Shown: positions 22,786 through 36,496, counted from the whole stretch's first letter. The stretch: DNA of 63,928 nucleotides, filler included, from Craspedostauros australis (GCA_030167865.1; 9 parts of 9 records of this genome joined end to end with filler, not necessarily neighbours in it); one strand, 5' to 3'. The notes: generated by a model not told the origin, from the sequence alone. Made by a program: numbers and translations.

Positions 22786-25700
22786 TTAGACGTACGCGGA
22801 GGATGCGTCACTCCAGCACTGGGTACAGCAGTGGCAAGATACCTGCGGCGGATGGTCGCCACAGTCAGCGTCCAGATGTTCAAAAGTCTGCTGGCAAAAC
22901 GGTCCCGGAATACTGCCAGTTAGATCATTCTTGTCCAGCGTCAAGCTGGTCAGCTTCAACAGCATCCCGAGAGATGAGGGGACGGCACCTCTCAATCCGT
23001 TCCCCGTCAATTCAAGACCTTCCAGGTTGGTGTACTCTCTGATTTCGTCGGGCAGCATCCCGCTCAAGCCACACCATCGGCCTGTTCAGCACGTTTTGCG
23101 GTGTGCGTTTGTCCACGGCACCGGCAGAGCATCGAATACAATAAAGGAGGAAGTGGGTGAGAGCAGTTGTTCGCTTGTCTCCGCCATCACATGAATGTGC
23201 TTTTGATCCGCAGCAACATGATTGTAAATAAGAACAGCAGCAGCAGCAATGCAGAAAATTCCGCACTCACATTCGAAGACCCTCAGACTTGTTGGGAGTT
23301 TCGTAGTATCCAGCACCGACTCCAACGTTTGTGAGAACGGGGAGTCGTTCCAATTCTGCATTTTGACCGCATGATAATACGGAGCAACGGCATTTGTTAC
23401 GATGTAGGAGCAAGCATGATAACCATGAATTGATATGATGTTGCGTGTGTATTATGTGACGGACAAAGAGAAAGAGAGCGTGCGCGCGTGGGTGCGTGAG
23501 CAAGCGACAGTGACGAAGAAAAGAGAAGAAAGCCAGAGGACGAGCGACAGCGTCAAGCTTCGGACAATCCATAACCTTTGGACGGAATTGCGACCAGTGC
23601 TGCACACACAACTCCAACGATAGCGACGGTGACCATCACTCGTGGTCTTTTCAAAAAAAAATCGTGTGGCAAAACTCACCAATGAAAGGACCTCCAGCCT
23701 GCCATCATTGTCACTGAAGAATGCTGGGAATGTGCCAGAGAGCTTGTTCGATGCCAGGTACAGCTCCTTGAGGTTTTTCAAGTTCCCCACGTCCTCTGGG
23801 ATCTGCCCTTCCAGATTATTAGAGTCAAGGTCGAGAACGGAAAGCAATTGCATGTCACCGACCTCTGTCGGAATCTCGCCGACTAAACCCGCACTCGACA
23901 GTTCAAGGGTGGTCATGGATTTGAATCTGCCAACAGTTGCTGGCATCGCGCTGTTGATGATGCACTCGCGGCCTGATTGATTGCGACGGTGTCATTGGAA
24001 TGTTTGCAATAGTGCGCATTCGTATGGCGGGTGGTTTGGACGTGGTGAGATAAATCGCAGTTCTCAATCAAATATGAACACAACACAACACATTAATCCG
24101 TCCAGGTAGCACTCGTATCAACCCTTGTACCAGCACATCACACCATGGATGTTTGAAGGAAATTCACGCGCATGAAAGCAGCGGGTTGGTCATCGTCACT
24201 AGTCGCTGTGCCCATCCGCGAAGCCGGATTTCAAAGGGATCAGAAAGTACCATTGGTCCCACTTACATTTGAATTCACCAAGGTCCTTCGTGAGGGTGGC
24301 GAAAAATGCATGCAGACCAACGGTCAATCCGTTCAGGGAATTCTGTTCATCGTGATCGAGGAGAGTGGAGCGCATGTATGAATGCGCCACGATGTGGATA
24401 ACATGAGCAGTTTGGCGAATTTTGAGGGGAAAAGCCCGAATGCATCGTAATGCGAGGGTTAGCCACAAGTTCTGAGAGCACACGACACCACAAACGGATG
24501 CCAAAGAGAGCAAGGACCATTTCCCGCGAACGCAAAGCTGCTGCATTTGTCTCATTCTCTCCATCAATAACACCATGAAAGCACTCATCTCGCACCAACT
24601 TACCAAATCAAGAGAGTGCAACTCTTTGGCATTTGCAAAGCTCGGAAGGCTTCCGCTGATGTCGTCGTTGTTCCGGAGAATCAACGACCGCAGGTTTTGG
24701 AGGTCTCCAATCTTTGACGGGATGACTCCAGACAGCGAATTGCCTCCAAGATTGAGGAACTCGAGCTGCTGCAACTGTGACACCTGAGTTGGTATCTTCC
24801 CCCTCAGCAAACAGGAAGATGCTTCAAACTCCGTCAGAGACTCCAGCATTCCAATTTCCGTCGGAATCACTCCTTCAACCTTCGTGTCATCGATGTTCAA
24901 TCTCCTCAGCTTGCTGTAGCCTCCAATCGCTGGGGGTAGAGACCCTCGCAACGCACAGGATCCGCCTGCATGAATTTGTTTGTGTTCGATAGAGAGACAG
25001 AGAGAGGAGAGCAGCAGCAACAACACAGTCGGCATTGGACGGAGTTAGACAACATTGTGTCTTCCACAATCAACGCACGGTGCAAATCAAAATCGCATCG
25101 TCTGTACAGTGCTGTGCTTGAGAGGACTCCTCGGTGGCATTCAGAAAGCTTGGAGGTTTCTGTACTTACAAAGGAATACTTCCAGCTTTTCTGTGGGGGT
25201 AGTTGTGAAGATGGTGTCGACGTCAGCCCAAAGGGCCATGTTGTTTGCCTAGGCGTGTTGACATCGTGAAAGAAAAACAGAGCACAAGTACATGTACGTA
25301 CGCGGAGAGTTGCACGGGATTGAAGAGTGTGAGAGACAATCTTTTCGTGGACAAAACCACCATCAGCTTGGAAGCGCTCAATCACTGCTGGATCGCAGCA
25401 ATGCCCGTGATTTCCAATGCAAGCATTACGTGCACAGAGAGAGGAACTCACCAAGTCAATGGTTGTGATCGCTTGCGCGTTCTTGGCGAAGCTTGGAATG
25501 GGCCCGATTAGATGATTGTTGTACATGACCAGTTCGCGTAGGTTCGGTAGATCACCTAAGGACTGCGGGAGCACTCCGTTCATGTTGTTGGTGTTGAGTA
25601 CGAGTGTCTCCAAGTTTTGCAAGTTTCCGATCTCCGTGGGAAGGCTCCCGTTAACATGATTGTTCGTCAGGATGAGATCGACAAGCCTAGTGAGTTCACC

Positions 25701-28700
25701 GATCTGAGATGGTATGGGACCCTCGATGTCATTTCCGGATACGACGAGCGATGACAATTTCTTGCAACGCCCGATTGTAGTTGGGAGGCTTCCCGTCAGA
25801 TGGCACGACCGACCTGCGAGAGTGATCAGAGCGTTGCAAAAAGGGAAAAACGGGAGTGACAAAACAGCAACGTGGAACGAAAACGAGTGAGAGTAGAGCA
25901 GCGTAAATGGCCACACCTTGCAATTCACAGTGTACGTGCGAGTAAGCAATGCCCATTCTAACAACAATTGTGGACTTGTTGCTTGCAGTTTGGGACCTGC
26001 GACAGCACGCACGCAAAGTTGCAATGGACCAACTTACAATCGAATCTCTGCAGATTCTCGCAGGGCATCATGTCCAACAGAATCTCGATGTCTCCGGACA
26101 GGCGGAAGTTCCTATTCTGTGGGTGCAGTGGGAAATGAGAGCAACGAATTGTTGGCGTGAGCAACGGGCAGGGTGTGAGATAGGCGCATACATGTGCGTA
26201 TACATGTACATATGCATGTACGTACAGAACGAAAGGCATCGCCATACATGTGCTTCTGATCTTTCCCATTGATGTGGCTTTCAATCACCAGACTTACAAG
26301 GTTGATTGCCAAGAGCGACGAAGAATTCGCTGTTCCAGAGAATGTCGGAATTGTCCCAGACAGATCATTTCCCCACATCTCGAGCTTCTGTAAGTTCTTC
26401 AGTTGATTGATTTCGGTCGGTATCTTCCCATTCAGCTTGTTCCCACCAAGCGAGATCCGCCTGATGAGTTCCAAATTCTCGATAGTGCGAGGGAGTCCAC
26501 CCTCTAGTCTGTTGCAGTGAAGACCCAATATCTGAAGATTGGTCAACAAGCCAATCTCGGTGGGGAAAGGGCCATCAATCCCGCCGTTCTGGTTCTGCTT
26601 AGAATCGTCCAGATTCATAATCTCCAACCGTGTGAATCGTTCTAGGTCCGTGCTCGGCATGGTTCCCTTCAGGAAACATTCATGACCTTGAGTTGGGTAT
26701 GATCAGCCAGTGGGACGACAACGTGCAGTGCACATCATCGGCAGGAACACAGTAGTAGTCGCAGTATCAAAGGATGGCCCACGGAAGATGGTACGTAGCA
26801 ATCCAGGTGCACGCAAGTACATTGAGAAGAACAAAGAGCAGATGAAGACGGCGTTGTTGTGAGCATTTTTGCATTGGGATGATCTGAGGGCGCTGAAGGC
26901 TTCATGTTTGAGGTCGTGCTCAAGTGATGGCGCGTGCTTCGACGCTGTACTTACAGAAAATGGTATGAAAGTCTTCACCGGAGACGTCTCGGAAGAATTC
27001 TTCGACATCGAAATGGAACTCGTTGTTATCCTGGACCCTTCTCTATCACCACCACGCAGGAGCAAACACACGGTAATGGAATCCAAATAAGTTTGGAGAT
27101 GGAAAATGAAGCAGGATATGGCCATGAGAAGCATGTCAACAAATTAAGGCAAACACAGGAGTTCGTCGAAACCAAAAATTCGCCCAAAGCGGCAGGACAA
27201 CGAACGCGATTCCGTCTCAATGGTTCGGCGGCACGGAATCATGAAGCACCTTTGGTTTTTCCCACTTACTAGATCGACCATTTGGAGCTTGCCACCGTTG
27301 TTTGCAAATGAAGGAATCGTCCCATTCATCTTGTTGTGGGATACCTCCAAGCTCACCAGAGTCTGGATTGATGCCACAGACTGTGGGAGTGAACCGGTCA
27401 AGCCGTTGTCGCTGAACAGAATACGTTCTAGCGCCAGGCCAAGCCCGATTTCGTCGGGGATCGGGCCATGCAGTTTGTTCGATCTGAGATCGAGCTCCTG
27501 CAACGCCTGCAGTGTTCCAAGCACCGGAGGGATCACGCCTCCCACTCCCGTATTGTAGATATCGAAAATTCGGAGATGGGCAAAGCGGGTTATGGACGGT
27601 CCTGGCAGGTCTTGATCGGCAAAGACGCATTCAGAACCTGTGAGAACCGAAATGCAAGAAGACGGCATTGCGTTAGAGATGTGGCGGGGGGTACCTTTGT
27701 GGTTCGGTGAAAGAAATGGAAACAGACAGTCATGTTGAATCCACATGCAACAAAATGAATATTCTCTGTGCCGATACGAGGCAGTACACAACACAGCGCG
27801 GTTGGGCAACAGAAGCAGACTTACAGCGGAAGCTCTCCAGATTGCCAGGTGGGATGGATTCGAGAATCTCCGACAGGTTGCCGTGGAGTCTACCCTCTTC
27901 ATGAATGTTGTCCTCCTGCGACATCGAGCGATTCAAGAGGATCAGGAACGAGGGAATGGAAGGACGAGGAGGAGTACGAGAGTGAGGAATGTGATCATGT
28001 AGAGGCGAGACTAGACAAGGTTGTGGCTGTTGAGTTCTGCATCTTGTCTGTGCGTCATACCAACCCATCCCATGCTTCGCATCTTGATTTCGCAACTTAC
28101 CATGTCGATGTTGGCAATTGTACCAGAGTTGTTGTGAAATGAAGGGATGGATCCCGACAGCATATTGCCACGCAATATGAGTTGCACCAGGTTTGGCAGT
28201 GAGGCAATGGCTTGCGGGATTGTACCGGTGAAAGCATTGTTAGCAAGGTCCAGCACCATCAGATCCTGCATTGCCGACAAATGCGTTGGTATCCCTTCAT
28301 CGATGCCATTGTTACCCAAATTCAACTCTCGGAGCTCTGTGAAATATTGGATCTCCGTTGGAATCGCGCCCTTCAGCCTGTTGCCATTCAAATTCACCTT
28401 TTCGACGACTGTATCTACCGAGCAGATAATACCGATCGTATCTCTCTGAGAACTGGGTGGCTTGTTCCAATCGCAAATGTGGCCCGCCGTCAGAAAATTG
28501 GCCCCATCATTCCACCCGACGCCTTCGAGTACGAAATACAGCAAGGCGGCCACATAGCGGCTCCTCAGCTCTTCCACAGGATAGGTGTCCACAGGCTTCT
28601 TGCCAGGGTCGCCGTGCGCGAGCCAGAAGAGCGCGCTGAACTGATGCGTTGATGGGTCGTCGAGCAACGTGCCAGACAATGGGAAGAGCAGATCTCGCAT

Positions 28701-30695
28701 CCGGTTGAAGTCTGTGCTTGTCGGGCTGGGTGTGCGAAACCTGTCTTCGGTTGGCGCAAGTGTGGGTGCCTTGGTCATGAGCGACCCAAGGATGGAAACT
28801 CTGGGAAGGTCCACAACTTGCTCGAACGCCAATTGCAGCCTGCCGTCCGTGATGGCATCATCAATGGCTCCCAGTAGTCTAGCCGGGACGATAGACAAAG
28901 GGTCCGCGCCCAGCACTTCCATTGTGGCTGTGATGCTCTCGCACCGGTCATTTGGAGTGGTTCCTTGTTGATACGGACATGCTGTAGGTACCGACGGACA
29001 TGTGCCGCAAGCGATGAAATGTGGGGGGAGAGAGAGAGGTGAGACGACATCGATGACGGTAAACTAATGGAGTACAATGCTTCGGTATCAAATCAATGAA
29101 CACGCGCACACGCACACTCCATTCATGTTCTGATTGCTTTTGATGCCATCATTCCTTTGCCTGCAGCTTCGGCGTCATACCGATGCTGCAGTGGTGGCGT
29201 CCAAGCAAACCCTGCAATGCAATTTCCACTTACCCATTCCGCCGACATTTGTTATTCTGGTTGGAAGATCGAGAGATTCGGCCAACTGACGTTGGTGTGG
29301 CTCCAAGTGACGGTATCTGAGGCGGACGCCGCCATCAGATGTTGGGCTTGGCTTGCCAATGACTTCCTGCAGAACTTGCGGCGCCAGCAAATCCATGCTA
29401 GCGATGAGAACGGGAACGTACACACTTTGATCCAGAGAATTGATGTTCGCATCCTTGACGACGACGGCATACTCCACTTCGATTTCGGTGCGTGACTCCA
29501 TCACAGGTTGAGTCGATGTCGCGTCAATCACGTCGGCGCTGGGTGCGGGCGCGGGGGTTGGTTCCAGTTCCCCGTTTTGGGAGTTGGATGCACCGCCGCT
29601 GTCGCCGCTTCCAAACACGGCAATGCCAATGCCGACTCCAGCTGCTACCGCAAGTAGCACGATGAAGATGACTATCCACGTGAGCCGGCTCCTTTTACGT
29701 TTGCCAGTGTCGCTGTCGTCATCCACAATGCGATCATCGACATCGGCAGACTTCACATTCGTGCTGTTGCGCGAAGGTCGGGTGGGACGCGGCCGGCTCG
29801 GCTGCGGCGTCTCTGCCTGGGCGATCACCTCTCCAACGGCCGCTTCTGCCAGCAGGGTCTTGCGAACCTGCTGCGTGATGCGCCTCGTCTCCTCCTGGAA
29901 TTCTTGGCGCAACCGATTCTCCAACTCATACGCATCGTCGGACGTGTTGACGACCTGCGCGGCGATGACGGCCGCAGGCATGCCACCAGAAACCGGAGTT
30001 GGCGAAGGAGGAGGCGCCGGTGCCATCCGGACAATCGCTCTGGCATCGCTCGAAGGTTCTTCTTGGGGGTGTTGCCCAGGGTAGTGCATTGGAATGGAGC
30101 TTCCTGGATCGCCCTTCAGCGGTCGTAGGTCAGGCTCCGCCATGGAGTTGCTGTAAGCAAATGCTCCCACCGGAGTCACATTGAAACCCGGAACAATACC
30201 GTTCTGCGCTCCAGCAGCGGCATCTGCGGGCGTCGGATGTTGTCCAGAGCTGGGAGATGTGCTGGAGCCTTCCGCCATCGCGGTGAGTGCCGTTGGTATC
30301 GCCGGCATTTGCTCACCAAGTCGATGCAACGCCTTGTCGGCATCGGCGGATGAAGTCCTCGCCACGCTTGGAGACGTGCGCCTCACCGATTGCCGCGACG
30401 ACGAAGCAGGGCTGCGGTTCTTCTGTTCGGGCGAAAGCGGATTGATGATTTGCGGCTTCGTCTCTCCGCTGTCCACTGCCGCCAACTTGCCTCGCGCCAG
30501 ATCGTCAGTGCCAACCTGCGCGTCGGCATCCATGGCTCTGCGCGCAGCTGCGTCGATGCTTGTGTCCAGCGCTGGCCGTCCCGATGGTGGTGGGGTTTGC
30601 ACGGATGATGACTGCGATTCGCCTCTCCTCATTGGTGGCGGCAGAGGAACGTCCGCCTCGTCCGCGGCTGCGCCCTTCTTCTTGTTCGGTGACAT
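22786..30695 (-). CDS. Large multi-exon leucine-rich-repeat type II membrane protein (diatom LRR receptor-like, no kinase)
   Basis: Exon 1 from ATG 30695 has a disordered N-terminus and a TM (WIVIFIVLLAVAAGVGIGIAVFG). It is followed by a PSTHQFSALFWL...RYVAALLYF...W...HICDW N-cap, many plant-type LxxLxLxxNxLxGxIP repeats over ~14 exons, and a C-terminal ADC...CHCCTQC cap. Stop at 22786. Confidence 0.85.
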
Positions 30696-32146
30696 GATGG
30701 GTTGCTCTGGCGTAGAGTGCTGGTCTTGGTACGCTATTGGTACGCTATTGGCACGGAACTGGAATGGAATGTTACAATGCTCTCGCAACTTGGGTTTGTG
30801 GCGAGGCGCTGTTTCGAGTGCTGTCGGTTGTTATTCGTTGATGATCCTGGCAACACCCTTGATCGAGGACGAGAAAGACAGAGAATACGCACGATTCCGC
30901 CAACACCGTGCAGGTGAGAGCAAGCGGAGATGGACGGATACCCGGTTTCCGAGGCGTGTGTCGTGTTCGTCCACAAGCCACCTTCTGCGACGTTCCAGAG
31001 GGGTGCGGTTACAAAGATCTCTCTGGAGGAATGTTGGCAGGAAGCTCCGATCGCCGCTGTCACCGTTCTTGCTGCTGTTGCCGGAAGAATTGGAGAAGTC
31101 CTCTGTTGTGGGTGGCAAGACGTTCGTTGTCGAGAGTGGGCTGACACCAAAGGAGGAGACTGGGGGAAGCAAGCCAAGGGAAACAATGGAACGGAGGTAA
31201 GTTTTGAAGAGCACAAAGAGATGGTGTTGGTGACTGACTTGGTCTTGGTGTTGCGCATCGCCGTCGGACTTTTGCGATTGTGGTGGTGTGCTGTCCGTAC
31301 TGTATGAGTTCTGACCTTCTATACCTTATCCACAACGATGATGGTGCACAACTGGCGCGAAGCAGCCGACGACAAGAATCAGATCTTGGCAGAGTGTGAT
31401 GTTTGTGTGGTTCTTGTGCCTTTCGGGTGCACACTCTCGGCTCTCTTCTTGTGTCGTACGATTGGTCCTTCCACGACACACAACAACGCGCTGCGTGATG
31501 GACACGAATGAAGTTTTTGCACGAGCGAGGAGAGATGGTGAGGAAGCGAAAGATCGCTTGTCGCGGCTGTGGACATTGTTCAGCTGTTGGTAGAACCTTG
31601 GCGCGGAGGGACAGAGTGAAAAACTCCGTGTTCTGTTGTGTGACATGTTTCGATAAGCAACAGAGACATGTAGGAGACATCAATGGGACTGTCATTGGAT
31701 GGATTATTTATGGTATTGTTGTATGCAAAGGTGACATTTAGAACGCATCCAGAGGAGGACTGGACGGAGTTCCGAGTTGGATTGTGATTGCCGTTAAGTC
31801 GTGGACACGGTACAACTAGACTGCCTGTCTCCAATCATCCACGATGCATTGACAGGTGCATCAGGGTCTACACTCGCAGATCAAGAACGATCGGTAGCTG
31901 TTCCACGTCGCCAAATCCACCAACCAAATGGAAGGAGGAGGAGTGGCCAGCCTTGTCCAGGAATATAATCGATACAACCATGTATACCCTAATCATCATG
32001 ACGTAGCAGTAGGCAGGTAACTGATCGTATCAAATCATCGTTCATGCTGCAAAGTGTACAATTACTCCCGTTCTACTATCTCCGCAGTGAGACAGTGCTT
32101 GTGTCTCATCAGTCCGGCCACCTCTCTGGAGAGACACGGAACCTGT

Positions 32147-34099
32147 TCATCTTCTTCTGCTGCTGCGGCTCTTGCTCTTGGATTTGGGTGTCGTGGCAGT
32201 TGCCGCAGCACCGAACCCAAATCCTCCCGCAGCCGGAGCGCCAAAGGCGGGAGCAGGAGCAGCAGCGCCGAACAGACCACCACCAGCCGGAGCGCCAAAG
32301 GCAGGAGCAGGAGCGGCAGCACCGAACAAGCCACCACCAGCTGGAGTCGGAGCAGGAGTAGGCGTGCTGCCGAACAAGCCACCTCCAGTGGGTGCAGGAG
32401 TGGGAGCAGGAGCACCGAACAAGCCACCTGCGGGTGCTGGAGCAGGAGTGCTACCGAACAAGCCACCGGCTGCGGGTGCCGGAGTCGAACCAAAGAGACT
32501 ACCGCCTGGCGTAGGAGCCGGTGAGCTACCAAATAGACTACCGCCCGGCGCAGGTGTGCTGCCAAACAGACTACCGCCCGGCGCAGGAGCAGGAGTGCTA
32601 CCAAACAGACTCGTAGTGGGCGTCGATCCAAACCCTGATGCTGCGGGTGCCGGTGCTTGTGGTCGCGGCATGTTCTTGACCATCGCCATGCGTAGCTGGT
32701 TCTCGATCTGCTGCTGATGCGCGACCTCCATCTGGTTGGCCTGGTCGACAACGTTCGTGCCTGTCTCGTAGTGCGAATACCTCTGTCTCAGCATATCGAT
32801 TTGGTAATGCATGTGCGTGATGGCGGATGCCAACTTGACGATGGCCTCGTTCTGGGCCTGCACAACGCCAGTGACGTTGATGTCGGAGGGCCGGGCCGAC
32901 GCAGACAGCTGCAGTTTGATCTGCTTCTCGACCGATTGGACGCTGGAGGCCAGCTGCATCAGGCGCTTTTCGAAATCCTCGAGGGTCGACCACAGGTACG
33001 GAGACGGCATGCGCTCGATTCGATCCACGTGGGCAAGCTGCCGATCCAACAGATCTTGAAGTTGTTGCTGCACCGAGGCCGCTGCGGACGATGACGAAGC
33101 TGGTGCCGTCAGCGCCGCTCCGGGTGGTGCGGTCGTTGCTGCCGTGATCGCGGTTGCTGGTGCATGGCTCGCATTCGTGTCCTTGCGAGTGAGAGTGACG
33201 CCGCGTCGCATGGCCACCGCTTCGGTCGGCCACTTCCCATGCATGATGGCTTGCGTCGTCGACGTCTCGTAGTTCGTCTTGCAGGCTGCCACGGCGTCGC
33301 GCAGATTGCGCACATCATGCTCCAATCCGTTCAACTTCGTCTTGAGCTGCTGCGTCTGCTGTTTGAGCGATGGAACTCTCGTTTTCCGGGCCGGCGATCC
33401 TGCCGCGGCGTCGGCCTGCTGCGGTGGCGCCGATGCATCCAGCAGCTTAGGTGCCATCGTGGACATCATCGCCGTCGCGCGTCTGTGCTGCATGATGGCC
33501 TCGTGCAGCGTATCGATGACCTGCCTGTGCGCTGGTGGAAGGCTTTGATACGGCATGTTGCCGGCGATGTCGGGAGGCGGTCCCATGATCTGCGCCGTCG
33601 CCGCAGCACTGAACAATCCTCCTGTCGCTGCTGGTTTGCTGCCAAACAGACTCCCGGGCGCTGGTGCCGCAGCACCGAACAAGCTCGTCGTCGGCGCCGG
33701 CGCTGCGCTTCCGAACAAACTGCCTGGTGCCGGTGCCGGGGTGCTACCGAACAGTCCACCACCCGCGCTGGGAGATGGCGCACCGAACAGCGATCCTCCT
33801 GGAGCTGGAGCGCCAAAGCCGAATGCAGCAGGCGCCGCAGCCGGTGTGGAACCGAACAAGCCGCCGCCCGCAGGTGCCGGCGTTCCACCGAAGCCGAAGC
33901 CACCTGGGGCAGGTGCGGGAGCCGCTGCACCGCCGAAGCCGAAGCCTCCTGCTGGTGATGGAGCCGCAGGGCCTGCCGCTGGAGCCGGAGCGCCGAACGA
34001 AAACGCGGACGTCATGGCGGGCGTTGGAGCGGGAGCTGTGGCAACGCTTGTGGCAACGCTTGTGGCACCTGTGATTGCACCGCGACGCGCAGCTGGCAT
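32147..34099 (-). CDS. FG-repeat nucleoporin, Nup58/Nup49-like (FG repeats flanking a coiled-coil core)
   Basis: GLFG/SLFG/FGFG repeats at both termini and a central coiled coil with PSPYLWSTLEDFEKRL. Alternative start at ATG 34015 (MTSAFSFG). Confidence 0.8.
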   Translation of the reverse strand: MPAARRGAITGATSVATSVATAPAPTPAMTSAFSFGAPAPAAGPAAPSPAGGFGFGGAAAPAPAPGGFGFGGTPAPAGGGLFGSTPAAAPAAFGFGAPAPGGSLFGAPSPSAGGGLFGSTPAPAPGSLFGSAAPAPTTSLFGAAAPAPGSLFGSKPAATGGLFSAAATAQIMGPPPDIAGNMPYQSLPPAHRQVIDTLHEAIMQHRRATAMMSTMAPKLLDASAPPQQADAAAGSPARKTRVPSLKQQTQQLKTKLNGLEHDVRNLRDAVAACKTNYETSTTQAIMHGKWPTEAVAMRRGVTLTRKDTNASHAPATAITAATTAPPGAALTAPASSSSAAASVQQQLQDLLDRQLAHVDRIERMPSPYLWSTLEDFEKRLMQLASSVQSVEKQIKLQLSASARPSDINVTGVVQAQNEAIVKLASAITHMHYQIDMLRQRYSHYETGTNVVDQANQMEVAHQQQIENQLRMAMVKNMPRPQAPAPAASGFGSTPTTSLFGSTPAPAPGGSLFGSTPAPGGSLFGSSPAPTPGGSLFGSTPAPAAGGLFGSTPAPAPAGGLFGAPAPTPAPTGGGLFGSTPTPAPTPAGGGLFGAAAPAPAFGAPAGGGLFGAAAPAPAFGAPAAGGFGFGAAATATTPKSKSKSRSSRRR

Positions 34100-34625
34100 C
34101 GCTCAGCAGTCTACCCCTGCTGGTACACAAATTGGGGAGGTCTGACGATTCAGTTGGCTGGTGCACGATGTTGATGGACGTGACTGGTGTTTGCTGTCAT
34201 TCAGAATGGAGCAAAAAGTGTTGCTGGCAATCAAAGTGAGAAGATACAACACAGGGTAAATGTTCAGAGTGGGTATTGTGACACCAATGCAAACCCAGCA
34301 CAAGAGGAGCATCGTCGTGGCGTTGCTGTCGTTGTTGTTGCTGTTCTTGTTTTGTCGCCACGAAATCCAACAGACAAGTTTTGAATTCATCACGACACTG
34401 GCGACGGTCAGGTCGAGAGCGTGACGATTAGTTTTCCAGTCGAGACAAAATTCGACATTTGAACAAATGCCGGCACACTCCATTTCCCCACTCATCACAA
34501 TTGACAAGGTTAGGAACATAACAAGATAGAATAGGTATAAGATGAAACACTACAGTAAGGTTATCATCGTTTGATCGTCGCAGTGTTTGAAAGCTGCAAG
34601 CGCCTTTCCATTCCTCCATTCATCG

Positions 34626-35249
34626 TTAGCAACGACCATCCGCGATGCTGTGAAAATCAGATTTGCGTCGTCGCGACATCCAAGACTGCAGTGCTTTCGC
34701 GACGCTGCTTGTAGCCATCTCTTCCTCGCTCGATGAGGAATCCAGACGTAGCATCCCCGGAATTTTCGCATCATCGTCATACGTGAAGGGATTCAACAAT
34801 GCGACGGGATCGCTGTCGACATGGCGATCAATGTCCTCCATGCGGTTGCGATCGTTGCGTTTCCAGAACTTCCATGTGGCCTTCTTGTCATCATCGTACT
34901 CTTCTGGTGGATCATCGAGCACGTACGTCCAGAATGACTCGAGTCCCGTCATCTCGTACAAGGCGACGACGGTGCTCTTCGATGGCGATGCTGCGTCATC
35001 GCTCTGCGACTTGATGCTTCTTTGCGATCGTTGCTGCTGCCATCTGTTCTGATTTGTATGAGAAGATTGGCGCCGCAGCAGTCCACGACTTGACTTGCAA
35101 CTTGTTCGTGGTGATTGTTGGTCTGGCTGTGAGTGTTGGTGTTGCTGATTCCTGTTTTGCTTGAGCACGACGTTTTGCCTTTGTTTCTCTTGAATCAGCC
35201 GAAGTTCGTCATGGTAGCTTCGTCTCCTGATAGTCTTCATCGTCTTCAT
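34626..35249 (-). CDS. Hypothetical low-complexity protein
   Basis: 207-aa ATG-initiated ORF; no recognised domain. Confidence 0.4.
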   Translation of the reverse strand: MKTMKTIRRRSYHDELRLIQEKQRQNVVLKQNRNQQHQHSQPDQQSPRTSCKSSRGLLRRQSSHTNQNRWQQQRSQRSIKSQSDDAASPSKSTVVALYEMTGLESFWTYVLDDPPEEYDDDKKATWKFWKRNDRNRMEDIDRHVDSDPVALLNPFTYDDDAKIPGMLRLDSSSSEEEMATSSVAKALQSWMSRRRKSDFHSIADGRC

Positions 35250-36001
35250 CGTCTTCGTGTATCAAGTGATGATGTTGATCATGGGGACAATGATAGTGAT
35301 CGCGATGCTCTCCAGAGTGACACAATCCACCCTTTCCGATCTGTTCCGTCCTTCTTCTTGTGTTGTTGGTCTTCTTCGTCTTTTTTGCACCCGAAAAGCA
35401 GCGCCGTCGAAGCGAGGTGTGTATTGGCGTGTGCATCGCATGTTGGTCACCACCTCCTTGTTGTTGCGATTGTTGCCGTCGAGTCTCTCTGCGTTGCGTG
35501 AGCAGAGACAAGATCAATGCACTCTGCACTATTTTGGGCTTTCCACACAGCAACTCACATGGCGCACCTCGCAAATCTCGCGTGCCACTTTTTTGGTGAA
35601 TGCAAAGGGTGGACAGTAAATTGAAATGGTATCCACGACATCAACAAGGCTCCAGACACGACAAAATTGCCGCCCTGATGAAACCGTTCAGTGTCTGCCA
35701 ACACTGGTCATGTCTCTCTGGTTGGCATTCTTGCATTGCATCGAGAGCAATGCCCAAACGCATCTCTCGTGTCTCTATGTATGTAGAGGAGGAATAGCCA
35801 ACAAACATTATCCCATACAATCCAATGTGAAGCGTATTGCCAATGGCTATCACTCCGAGTTGCTACTCTTGAATAAAGTGGACTGGACGTGTGCCTGCTG
35901 CCCTTGGAGAGATTTTGGCGCTCCAGACACAGAAGAAATCGAGACTTGCTGGTGCACTCACCGACCTGTTCCAACAGCCCCTCACCATCACATGAACCGA
36001 C

Positions 36002-36496
36002 TCAGCTGACCTTGGGTCTGGGAATGTCGACAGTCTCTCCAATCATGCTGTAAATGTTGCCACCCAACCGTCCCACAGGCTTCAGTTGCATCGTATCCAC
36101 CGCCGGTCTTTCCACGTCGCTGTTGGCCATCAATACTGTCGAATCCACATGCACACGCACCACCTTGGCCAGCACGATTTCAGTCGTCGCCTTTCCCGTC
36201 GCATCGTTCGTCAAGGCATGGATGTGTTGCAATTCGCATTCGTACGATACAGCAGCCTCCTTGACACGCGGAGCGTTGACAACCTCACAATCATTGATCT
36301 TCGTCATACCGGACACATCGAATTCGTCGACGGAGGATGCGAAGTTGCCGCAGCTGTGGTTGGCAGCATCGAGGTACCATTCCGAGATGATGTTGACACA
36401 GAATTGGCCGTTGTTGGATTCGATGTTTTGGAGGGAATCCTTCTTGGCACCACCATTGCGACAGAAGCCGATGGCAATCATGGGTGGATCATGGGC
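36002..36496 (-). CDS. Flavin reductase-like FMN-binding protein (DIM6/NTAB family), 5' part lost in the gap
   Basis: HDPPMIAIG...KKDSLQNI...GQFCVNII...EFDVSG...APRVKEA.VSYEC...LKPVGRLGGNIY. Confidence 0.85.
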   Translation of the reverse strand, partial: AHDPPMIAIGFCRNGGAKKDSLQNIESNNGQFCVNIISEWYLDAANHSCGNFASSVDEFDVSGMTKINDCEVVNAPRVKEAAVSYECELQHIHALTNDATGKATTEIVLAKVVRVHVDSTVLMANSDVERPAVDTMQLKPVGRLGGNIYSMIGETVDIPRPKVS

